From positions 330 to 64,329 of the forward strand of contig JAPLDX010000065.1 in the NCBI GenBank assembly GCA_026391215.1: 64,000 nt of DNA, in the 5' to 3' direction. Of this stretch, positions 35,656-43,489 are shown piece after piece. Position numbers and translations under genes: made by a program. Every line of letters begins with the position of its first letter. Position 1 is the first letter of the stretch. Below the pieces are notes generated by a model. It was not told the origin of the DNA. It searched no databases and worked only from the letters and a program-made list of their open reading frames with translations. Source of the stretch: Bacteroidia bacterium (lineage in GTDB: Bacteria > Bacteroidota > Bacteroidia > Bacteroidales > VadinHA17).

Positions 35656-36510
35656 ATGATTCTCGTAGCCGATAGTGGTTCAACAAAAACTGAATGGAAA
35701 ACAATAACGGATGGCAAGCCTCAGGAGTCCCTTTTTTCCGGAGGCATCAATCCATATTTTCTTGCTGTTGATGACATCTATCTTCTATTAGAAAAAGAGG
35801 TTCCCGAATTCTCAGGACACCAATTTGATAAGATCTATTTTTATGGTACTGGCTGTAACAGTGAAGCAAAAAACGATATTGTGAGGAAAGCGATAAAACG
35901 TTTTTGCGCTGCCGGAGAAATTCATATAGATTCGGATCTTTTGGGTGCTGCCCGCTCACTGTGTCAGAATGACCGGGGCATTGCCTGTATCATGGGGACG
36001 GGTTCCAATTCATGTTATTATGACGGGAAGTCCATCGCAGCAAATGTATCTCCACTGGGGTACATACTCGGAGATGAAGGCGGAGGGGCGGTCATCGGGA
36101 GAAAACTGGTTTCGGCAGTACTGAAAAAACAGGTTCCTGACGATATAATTGAATTGTTCTTCAATACTTACCACATAACACCTGCAGAGATTCTTGAGAA
36201 AGTTTATATGAAACCTTTTCCCAACAGGTTTCTCGGACAGTTTGCCAAATTCATCTCGGCTAATATACATATAGCGGAACTACGGGATATCATCAGAACA
36301 AGTTTCGATGAATTCATAATTAGAAATATCCTCCAGTACCCTGAATCGGCTTCATTGCCAGTTCATTTTACAGGAAGCATATCCATCCATTTCAAATCTT
36401 TTCTTGAAGAATCACTGAAAAACCATAACCTCAGGCTGGGCAAGGTAACGTTATCTCCGATGGCTGACCTGATAAGTTACCACATCAATAATCTTGATCC
36501 TGCGAAATAA
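35656..36510 (+). CDS. murK: BadF/BadG/BcrA/BcrD-type sugar kinase (MurNAc/GlcNAc kinase-like)
   Basis: MILVADSGSTKTEWK N-terminus and GTGSNS block. Stop overlaps the murQ start (TAATG), as in the Tannerella murK-murQ pair. Confidence 0.6.
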   Translation: MILVADSGSTKTEWKTITDGKPQESLFSGGINPYFLAVDDIYLLLEKEVPEFSGHQFDKIYFYGTGCNSEAKNDIVRKAIKRFCAAGEIHIDSDLLGAARSLCQNDRGIACIMGTGSNSCYYDGKSIAANVSPLGYILGDEGGGAVIGRKLVSAVLKKQVPDDIIELFFNTYHITPAEILEKVYMKPFPNRFLGQFAKFISANIHIAELRDIIRTSFDEFIIRNILQYPESASLPVHFTGSISIHFKSFLEESLKNHNLRLGKVTLSPMADLISYHINNLDPAK

Positions 36511-37352
36511 TGGCTAAACCCGAAAAAAATCAACGACAGGTCAGCATTACAGAATCATCTTCAAATTTCGATAATCTTGAGAAGATGAGCGTAAATGAAT
36601 TGCTGAAGAATATCAACCAGGAAGATTCAAAAGTGCATATTGCGGTCAGGAAAGTGATTCCCCAGATTGAGAAGCTGATATCCAGGATTGTCGGAAGGAT
36701 GAAGAAAGGCGGGCGTATATTTTACCTGGGTGCCGGCACCAGCGGGAGGCTTGGCGTTCTTGATGCATCAGAGATCCCTCCTACTTTCGGGATTCCGGGC
36801 ACAATGGTCATTGGATTGATTGCCGGGGGAGAAACTGCCCTGCGTCATGCAGTGGAAGCTGCTGAGGATGATCTCAGTAAAGCATGGAAAGAACTGGAGA
36901 TCTTCAATATCAATAAAAAGGACACTGTTATAGGCATTGCCGCATCAGGCACTACTCCATACGTCTTAGGAGGAGTAATGAAAGCAAGAGAAAATGGTAT
37001 ACTCACAGGATGCATAACCTGCAATCCTGGAAGCCAGCTGGCAAAAGCAGCGGAAGTACCTATAGTAGTTGTTGTGGGACCGGAATTTGTCACCGGAAGC
37101 ACCCGGATGAAAGCAGGCACCGCCCAGAAGATGATACTGAACATGATCACAACTACAGTTATGATAAAGCTTGGCAGGGTCAAAGGCAACAAAATGGTCA
37201 ATATGCAGCTGACGAACAGGAAACTCATTGACCGTGGCACGCGGATGATAGTTGAGGAGTTGAATATACAGAGAGAGGCAGCAAGGCTGCTGCTGCTTCA
37301 GAATGGTTCAGTAAAAAAAGCGCTTGAATCTTACCGAAAGAATGCCCGGTAG
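36510..37352 (+). CDS. murQ: N-acetylmuramic acid 6-phosphate etherase
   Basis: SIS domain GAGTSGRLGVLDASEIPPTFG..GIAASGTTPYV..TGSTRMKAGTAQK. Confidence 0.9.
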   Translation: MAKPEKNQRQVSITESSSNFDNLEKMSVNELLKNINQEDSKVHIAVRKVIPQIEKLISRIVGRMKKGGRIFYLGAGTSGRLGVLDASEIPPTFGIPGTMVIGLIAGGETALRHAVEAAEDDLSKAWKELEIFNINKKDTVIGIAASGTTPYVLGGVMKARENGILTGCITCNPGSQLAKAAEVPIVVVVGPEFVTGSTRMKAGTAQKMILNMITTTVMIKLGRVKGNKMVNMQLTNRKLIDRGTRMIVEELNIQREAARLLLLQNGSVKKALESYRKNAR

Positions 37353-37387
37353 ACAGATGGAAGACACGTTTTGTAATAATTAAGATA

Positions 37388-40375
37388 ATGTACCGTAAGT
37401 CATCTAAAAACATATTGCTCTTTCTTCTTTTCATGTCAGCCAACGGGCTTCATGCCCAGAAAACTGATCCTCCTTTTTTAAAGTATTTGAATCATCCCTG
37501 GGTTGATTCCGTTTATAATACTCTTTCACAGGAAGAGCGGATTGCACAACTTATCTGGATTGATGCTTATTCAAACCGGGAGATCGGCCACGAGGTGTAC
37601 CTTGCAAATGTCATCAGAAAAATTGGTGTTGGAGGAGTGATCTTTTTTGAGGGATATACCTCTAAGCAGACGGAAATGCTTAATTATTTCCAGAAGATCT
37701 CAAGGGTGCCGCTGATATTTGCAGAAGACGGTGAATGGGGTCTGGGAATGAGGCTGGAGGGGGTTGTAAAGTTCCCTTACCAGATGACTCTTGGCGCCAT
37801 ACGGGATGATTCACTTATCTACAGAATGGGGAAAGCTGTTGCCGGTCAATTTAAAAGAGCAGGCGTTCATATAAATCTGGCGCCTGTGGCTGATGTAAAT
37901 ATCAATCCGCATAATCCTGTGATAAACTACAGATCATTCGGTGAAGATCCTGAAAATGTAAGCAAAAAAACACTCATGTATATGAATGGCTTGCAGGATA
38001 ATGGAATAATCGCGACAGCAAAGCATTTTCCGGGACATGGCGATACAGAAACTGATTCCCATCTCAGCCTACCCGTCATCAGGCAGACAAGAGCAAGAAT
38101 TGATACAGTGGAACTGGTTCCTTTCAGGTCACTGATTGATGCAGGTGTGACATGTATCATGCCGGGTCATCTGAACATCCCGTCCCTCGACTCAACTCCG
38201 GGACTTCCTTCCACATTATCATTTCCGATGCTTACCCAACTGCTCAGAAACGAGTTATCGTTCAAAGGACTGATAATTTCGGATGCAATGAATATGGCAG
38301 GCATTACAAATTATCCTGCCAGGGAAGGGGCTGGTGTAGTGTCATTAAAAGCCGGTATGGATATACTAGAATATGTGGAGGATCCTGAACGTACGCTGAA
38401 AGAAATTACAGAAGCCATTAAGAAAGGATTGATATCACAGGATTTAATAAATGAAAAATGCCGTAAGGTGATTGCAGCTAAATTCTGGGCCGGACTGAAC
38501 CTTCCGGGGTATGTAAATGAAGAAAAACTGCAGGAGGATCTTTCTGGTCCGGAAACAAAAGCTCTGATAAGGGAATTGTACGCCAGTGCGATGACGGTGT
38601 TAAGGAATGAAAATAATATCCTTCCTGTAAAGAATCTGGACAAGATCAGAATAGCATCAGTTTCAATAAATAAAAACAGAACCACAGTATTTCAAAGCAG
38701 GATCTCAGAATATAATCCTGCAGATAATTTTACAATTGATCCTGCAAATAGTGCGGCTGCTGATGAACTGCTCAAAAAGCTGTCAGGTTATGATCTGGTA
38801 ATTGCAGGGATTTACGGAATTGATCAGCGTCCGCAGACAGGCTTTGGCATTACACCCGAACTGACCAGTTTCGTAAGTAAACTGATTGATAATCACCGGA
38901 CTATAATTACCTGGTTTGGAAATCCCTATGCTGTTGAGAGGATCAAATCGCTGAAAGATGCTGAAGGACTCGTACTTGCGTACCAGGAAAATGAATTCAC
39001 AGAAGATCTGTCTGCACAGCTCATCTTCGGAGGTATAGGTGCCAGAGGCTCGCTTCCGGTTACAATAAATGAATTGTGGCCATACGATTTCGGCATAATA
39101 ACCCCGGGCAATATCAGGATGCAGTACGGACTCCCGGAAAATGCAGGAATGTCATCTTTATTTCTTGAAGAAAAAATCGATTCAGTAGTGAATATCGGAC
39201 TTACAGCCAAAGCATTTCCCGGCTGTGAGGTGATGGTTGCCAGAAAAGGGATGGTTGTTTTCCACAAGACTTATGGTTACCATGATTATGACAACAGGAT
39301 AAGTGTAAGTGAGGACGATCTTTTTGACCTGGCATCTGTTACGAAAGTCTCCTCTACCCTCGCAGGCCTGATGCTTCTTGACACCGAAGATAAGTTCTCA
39401 CCTGATGAGACCCTTGGCAGCTATCTGCCTTTTTACAAAAACTCCAATAAGGAAGATCTTCTGATGGCAGATATCCTTACTCACCAGGCCGGACTTATAT
39501 CATGGATACCATTCTGGAAGGAAACTGTAAAAAAAAACGGGGAGTTTAAGAAGACTATCTACAGCTACAAATCCTCTGAAAAGTATCCGCTGGAAGTTGC
39601 ACAGTGGCTCTTTATAAATGACAACTACAGGAAGAAGATCTTCAATGAAATAAAGAAATCACCGCTTGGTGAAAAGAAGTATCTCTACTCAGATCTTGCC
39701 TTTATTATTTCACCGGAGATAATAGAAAAACTAACAGGCGAAAAATGGTACGAATATGTTACCTCCAATATCTATCACAAGCTTGGAGCCTATGACATCT
39801 GCTTCAATCCATGGATGAAATATCCTCTGAGCCGGATAGTACCTACAGAATATGATTCACTTTTCCGTAAGCAGCAGTTGCATGGCACAGTGCATGATGA
39901 GGGAGCTGCCATGCTGGGCGGCATATCCGGACATGCAGGATTGTTTGCTACTGCCAACGACCTGATGAAACTGATGGAGCTTTATCGCAGGATGGGATCT
40001 TATGGAGGCGAACAGATAATAGGAAAAGACGTTCTTGAAAAATATACATCTGTACAGTTCCCGGAAAATGATAACAAGCGCGGGCTGGGATTTGACAAGC
40101 CTCCTCTGAATAATGCTGAATTACCTGCGGAAGATGCCTATCCGGCAAAAGATGCTTCACCTTCAAGTTTCGGACATTCAGGATATACTGGGACATTCGT
40201 GTGGATGGATCCTGAATATGAAATAAGCTATATCTTCCTGAGCAACAGGGTAAATCCAACCAGAAACAATAATCTTTTATCCGAGCTTAACATAAGAGGG
40301 AAGATACTTCAGACGATTTATGATTCAATAATAGATAGAAAAGGCCGGACTGAAAATATCAATCCGGCTTTCTAA
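37388..40375 (+). CDS. Secreted GH3 beta-N-acetylglucosaminidase (NagZ-like) fused to a class C beta-lactamase/serine-hydrolase domain
   Basis: Signal peptide. GH3 blocks ..KHFPGHGDTETDSH.. and ..IISDAMNMAG. C-terminal half with ASVTKV (SxxK), YSD and GHSGYTG (KTG-like) motifs. Confidence 0.75.
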   Translation: MYRKSSKNILLFLLFMSANGLHAQKTDPPFLKYLNHPWVDSVYNTLSQEERIAQLIWIDAYSNREIGHEVYLANVIRKIGVGGVIFFEGYTSKQTEMLNYFQKISRVPLIFAEDGEWGLGMRLEGVVKFPYQMTLGAIRDDSLIYRMGKAVAGQFKRAGVHINLAPVADVNINPHNPVINYRSFGEDPENVSKKTLMYMNGLQDNGIIATAKHFPGHGDTETDSHLSLPVIRQTRARIDTVELVPFRSLIDAGVTCIMPGHLNIPSLDSTPGLPSTLSFPMLTQLLRNELSFKGLIISDAMNMAGITNYPAREGAGVVSLKAGMDILEYVEDPERTLKEITEAIKKGLISQDLINEKCRKVIAAKFWAGLNLPGYVNEEKLQEDLSGPETKALIRELYASAMTVLRNENNILPVKNLDKIRIASVSINKNRTTVFQSRISEYNPADNFTIDPANSAAADELLKKLSGYDLVIAGIYGIDQRPQTGFGITPELTSFVSKLIDNHRTIITWFGNPYAVERIKSLKDAEGLVLAYQENEFTEDLSAQLIFGGIGARGSLPVTINELWPYDFGIITPGNIRMQYGLPENAGMSSLFLEEKIDSVVNIGLTAKAFPGCEVMVARKGMVVFHKTYGYHDYDNRISVSEDDLFDLASVTKVSSTLAGLMLLDTEDKFSPDETLGSYLPFYKNSNKEDLLMADILTHQAGLISWIPFWKETVKKNGEFKKTIYSYKSSEKYPLEVAQWLFINDNYRKKIFNEIKKSPLGEKKYLYSDLAFIISPEIIEKLTGEKWYEYVTSNIYHKLGAYDICFNPWMKYPLSRIVPTEYDSLFRKQQLHGTVHDEGAAMLGGISGHAGLFATANDLMKLMELYRRMGSYGGEQIIGKDVLEKYTSVQFPENDNKRGLGFDKPPLNNAELPAEDAYPAKDASPSSFGHSGYTGTFVWMDPEYEISYIFLSNRVNPTRNNNLLSELNIRGKILQTIYDSIIDRKGRTENINPAF

Positions 40376-40376
40376 G

Positions 40377-40460
40377 TGCCCAGAACAAGACTCGAACTTG
40401 CACACCTTTGCAGGCACCAGCCCCTCAAGCTGGCGTGTCTACCAATTTCACCATCTGGGC
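40377..40460 (-). tRNA. tRNA-Leu (anticodon GAG), class II
   Basis: Reverse complement GCCCAGA-TG-GTGAAATTGGTAGACAC-G-CCAGC-TTGAGGG-GCTGG-long variable arm-GCAAGTTCGAGTCTTGT-TCTGGGC-A folds as a cloverleaf; CCA not encoded. Confidence 0.9.
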
Positions 40461-40464
40461 GACA

Positions 40465-40577
40465 AACGGCTCAACGGCTCAATGGCGCAATGGCACAAAG
40501 GTGTTAAGCCTGATAATATCTGATCACCAAAGAACTTTTCCGTTGCGCCGTTGTACCGTTGTACCTTTGCGCCGTTA
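40465..40577. repeat. Two inverted 8-nt tandem arrays in the tRNA-Leu/tRNA-Leu spacer
   Basis: 40465-40503: AACGGCTC AACGGCTC AATGGCGC AATGGCAC AAAGGTG. 40540-40577: CCGTTGCG CCGTTGTA CCGTTGTA CCTTTGCG CCGTTA. Confidence 0.9.
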
Positions 40578-40581
40578 GTTG

Positions 40582-40665
40582 TGCCCAGAACAGGACTCGA
40601 ACCTGCACATCATCACTGACACTAGTCCCTGAAACTAGCGCGTCTACCAATTTCGCCATCTGGGC
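40582..40665 (-). tRNA. tRNA-Leu (anticodon CAG), class II
   Basis: Reverse complement GCCCAGA-TG-GCGAAATTGGTAGACGC-G-CTAGT-TTCAGGG-ACTAG-variable arm-GCAGGTTCGAGTCCTGT-TCTGGGC-A. Confidence 0.9.
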
Positions 40666-40684
40666 ATGAAAAAAGTTGAGGGTG

Positions 40685-40692
40685 CAAATCTA
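40685..40692 (-). promoter_or_regulatory. Candidate -7 box (TAGATTTG) for the tRNA-Leu pair
   Basis: TAnnTTTG match 20 nt upstream of the mature 5' end of tRNA-Leu(CAG). Confidence 0.45.
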
Positions 40693-40745
40693 ATAAAAAA
40701 ATCAAAAAATTATAAACAATTAAGATCGTATAATATATAAAAGTA

Positions 40746-40753
40746 TATTTTTG
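40746..40753 (+). promoter_or_regulatory. Candidate -7 box (TATTTTTG) for the lysC leader
   Basis: TAnnTTTG match ~150 nt upstream of lysC. Confidence 0.4.
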
Positions 40754-40862
40754 CTCCCTGATTGTAAACTAATGAGCAGGCAGAATAAAAAATCACTGTG
40801 GCTGATCATGCATCCTTTTTGAGGTCCGCATCATTTTCACATATGATTTTTATGATGCTGTG

Positions 40863-40888
40863 ACCTGCCTGATGTGCAGGTTTTTTTA
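40863..40888 (+). terminator. Intrinsic terminator/attenuator hairpin in the lysC leader
   Basis: ACCTGC-CTGATGT-GCAGGT followed by T7, ending 18 nt before the lysC ATG. An alternative pairing GGTCCGCATCAT (40823-34) with ATGATGCTGTGACC (40852-65) overlaps its 5' arm. Confidence 0.6.
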
Positions 40889-40905
40889 TAAACAATAAAA
40901 GAAAA

Positions 40906-42228
40906 ATGGACATAGTTAAAATCATGAAATTCGGAGGGACTTCAGTAGGAAATCCCGACAGGATGAGAGCGCTTATCCCGTTAGTGACCGATAAAGACAG
41001 AAAAATTGTTGTTCTTTCTGCCATGTCCGGGACAACTAACAACCTTGTGGAGATCACTGACCTGTTGTATCCCGGGAATGTCAATGAGGCATCATCAAAA
41101 ATTGAATCCCTTCGCGCAGCATATCACCAGGTAGTTCACGATCTGTTTGCAACTGATCCCTTCCGTAAGACAGGACATGAACTTATTGACTCACATTTTG
41201 ACTATATAAATAATTTTACCCTCAGGGTTTTTACAAAGCTCCAGGAAAAAGCTATCATTGCCCAGGGGGAGCTTCTCTCAACATCGTTATTTCATCAGCT
41301 GCTCCAGGAAAGGGAAATTAAATCAGTTCTTCTCCCCGCTTTGAATTTCATGAGGATTGATAAAGACGGCGAACCGGACTATTTCTATATTGAAGAGAAC
41401 GTCAGCAGGGAGCTGAGAAAACATAAATCAGAAACAATAATTATTACCCAGGGATTTATTTGCCGCAATGTCTACGGTGAGATTGATAACCTGAAACGGG
41501 GTGGCAGTGATTATTCTGCATCAATAATCGGTGCAGCATTAAAAGTAAAGGAAATCCAGATATGGACCGATATAAGCGGTTTTCGCAATAACGACCCCAG
41601 ACATGTGGAAAATACTAAAATAATACGTGAATTATCCTTTGATGAAGCTGCTGAACTGGCATATTTCGGGGCAAAGATACTTCACCCTGCCAGCGTCAAC
41701 CCGGCCAGGGAAAAGAACATTCCTGTCAGGCTCAAGAATACCATGGATCCGGAAGATGAGGGCACCCTTGTAACTTCAACCAGCAAACTGGTAGATTATA
41801 AGGCTGTTGCTGCAAAAGACGGGATATCAGTATTGAGGATAAGATCAGACAGGATGTTAATGGCGTATGGCTTCCTTCGTAAAGTATTCGAAATATTTGA
41901 AGCCTACAGAACACCGATAGATATGATCACAACATCTGAGGTCGCAGTATCACTTACTATCGATAATCCCCAGTACCTGAATCAGATTGCGCAGGATCTC
42001 CGGGAGCTTGGTACTGTGGAAGTGGAAAAGAACCAGACAATTATCTGCATTGTAGGCGATTTCCGTACAGAACGCGTTGGCTCAGCTCCGGAAATATTCC
42101 TGGCTCTCAATACCATACCGCTTAAGATGATATCCTATGGAGGAAGTCCGAACAGCTTATCGCTGCTTGTCGACTCTTCAGACAAAATTCAGGCCCTGAA
42201 ACTTTTAAGCAAACATCTTTTTAGTTAG
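40906..42228 (+). CDS. lysC: Aspartate kinase
   Basis: KFGGTSVGNPDRM N-terminal kinase motif and C-terminal ACT-like regions; followed by lysA. The start could be 40924. Confidence 0.9.
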   Translation: MDIVKIMKFGGTSVGNPDRMRALIPLVTDKDRKIVVLSAMSGTTNNLVEITDLLYPGNVNEASSKIESLRAAYHQVVHDLFATDPFRKTGHELIDSHFDYINNFTLRVFTKLQEKAIIAQGELLSTSLFHQLLQEREIKSVLLPALNFMRIDKDGEPDYFYIEENVSRELRKHKSETIIITQGFICRNVYGEIDNLKRGGSDYSASIIGAALKVKEIQIWTDISGFRNNDPRHVENTKIIRELSFDEAAELAYFGAKILHPASVNPAREKNIPVRLKNTMDPEDEGTLVTSTSKLVDYKAVAAKDGISVLRIRSDRMLMAYGFLRKVFEIFEAYRTPIDMITTSEVAVSLTIDNPQYLNQIAQDLRELGTVEVEKNQTIICIVGDFRTERVGSAPEIFLALNTIPLKMISYGGSPNSLSLLVDSSDKIQALKLLSKHLFS

Positions 42229-42232
42229 AAAA

Positions 42233-43381
42233 ATGATTGATAGAAATATTATAGAAAAATTCCGGGATCTTCCCACTCCCTTTTATTATTATGATCTCGA
42301 TGTCCTTAATTCAAATCTGAATGCTCTTAAGAACGAGTCAGTAAATTCAGGATACAAAATTCATTATGCTGTAAAAGCCAATTCAAATCCGAAAATATTA
42401 AAGATCATTTCTTCCTATGGATTTGGAGCAGATTGTGTCAGCTGGAATGAAATAGCGGCTGCGATGGCAGCAGGATTCAATCCGGGAGAGATCGCCTTTG
42501 CTGGTGTTGGAAAAACCGATAAGGACATAGAGGCAGCTATCAGGGCAGAAATATTTTGTTTCAACTGCGAATCAATCCCTGAGATCGAAGTAATTAATCA
42601 GCTTGCCTTGCAGCACAATCAAACTGTCAGAATTGCACTCAGGATCAATCCGTTAATTGATGCCTATACCCATAAATATATTACCACCGGCATTGAGGAG
42701 AGCAAGTTCGGAATTCAAACATGGGAACTTGATGAAGTACTCAGAAGATTAAGCGAAATGAGGAACGTTAATCTGACGGGCATGCACTTTCACATTGGTT
42801 CGCAGATAACGAGGATGTCGGTCTTCCAGAGTCTGTGTACGCATATCAATGAGCTGCAGGACTGGTTTATTTCGCGCAACGTTGACCTGAAAGTGATAAA
42901 TGTCGGGGGAGGTCTGGGTATCGATTATGAGAATCCGGATAAATCTCCGGGATTTGCAGAATATTTTACCCTGCTCAATGATTTCATTGATCTGAGGTCA
43001 GGTCAGGAGCTTCACCTTGAGCCCGGCAGAGCCGTGATCGGACAATGCGGATCGCTTATCTCTAAAGTGCTGTTTATCAAAAATGGCAGCAATACATTGT
43101 TCGCCATCATTGATGCAGGCATGACTGACCTTATACGTCCTGCCCTCTACCAGGCGCATCATAAAATAGAAAATCTCACTTCGGAAGGAAATGTTTACCG
43201 CTATGATGTGGTAGGACCGGTTTGCGAATCGGCTGATACATTCGCAAAATTCTACGAACTGCCTGAAACCAGGAGGGGGGATATTATAGCTATCAGATCC
43301 GTCGGAGCTTACGGTGAAGTCATGGCTTCACGGTACAATATGAGAGATCTGCCGGGATCGGTGTTTTCGGACGAAATATAA
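42233..43381 (+). CDS. lysA: Diaminopimelate decarboxylase
   Basis: PLP-dependent group IV decarboxylase blocks YAVKANSN, HFHIGSQ, GGGLGI, EPGRA, CESAD. Confidence 0.9.
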   Translation: MIDRNIIEKFRDLPTPFYYYDLDVLNSNLNALKNESVNSGYKIHYAVKANSNPKILKIISSYGFGADCVSWNEIAAAMAAGFNPGEIAFAGVGKTDKDIEAAIRAEIFCFNCESIPEIEVINQLALQHNQTVRIALRINPLIDAYTHKYITTGIEESKFGIQTWELDEVLRRLSEMRNVNLTGMHFHIGSQITRMSVFQSLCTHINELQDWFISRNVDLKVINVGGGLGIDYENPDKSPGFAEYFTLLNDFIDLRSGQELHLEPGRAVIGQCGSLISKVLFIKNGSNTLFAIIDAGMTDLIRPALYQAHHKIENLTSEGNVYRYDVVGPVCESADTFAKFYELPETRRGDIIAIRSVGAYGEVMASRYNMRDLPGSVFSDEI

Positions 43382-43489
43382 CCCCTTGTCGCTACGCGAC
43401 ACCTCCCTGAAGGGGGATTAACTTCAGACATAACTTAATCTCCTGAATAACTGTGAATTAGCTCCCCTTTAGGGGGGATGGGGGGTTTA
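43379..43489. repeat. Nested-palindrome element, copy F
   Basis: Outer TAACCCC / GGGGTTA arms coincide with the two convergent TAA stop codons. Inner GTCGC-TAC-GCGAC, CTCCC-TGAA-GGGGG and CTCCCC-TTTA-GGGGGG. Confidence 0.8.

Noticed and set aside
40376-40700. tRNA-associated genomic island or integration site
   Set aside because: No integrase, no direct repeat of a tRNA 3' end and no obvious composition break. The flanking genes are ordinary chromosomal functions.
40690-40905. Lysine riboswitch (L-box) upstream of lysC
   Set aside because: I could not find the conserved L-box core segments, and the leader (~150 nt, including a small ORF) is shorter than a typical L-box. This needs cmscan to exclude formally, so it is reported only as an unassigned attenuator.
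40806-41084. 92-aa minus-strand ORF overlapping the lysC start
   Set aside because: It is antisense to the strongly supported aspartate kinase N-terminus (KFGGTSV) and to the leader, with no recognisable features.
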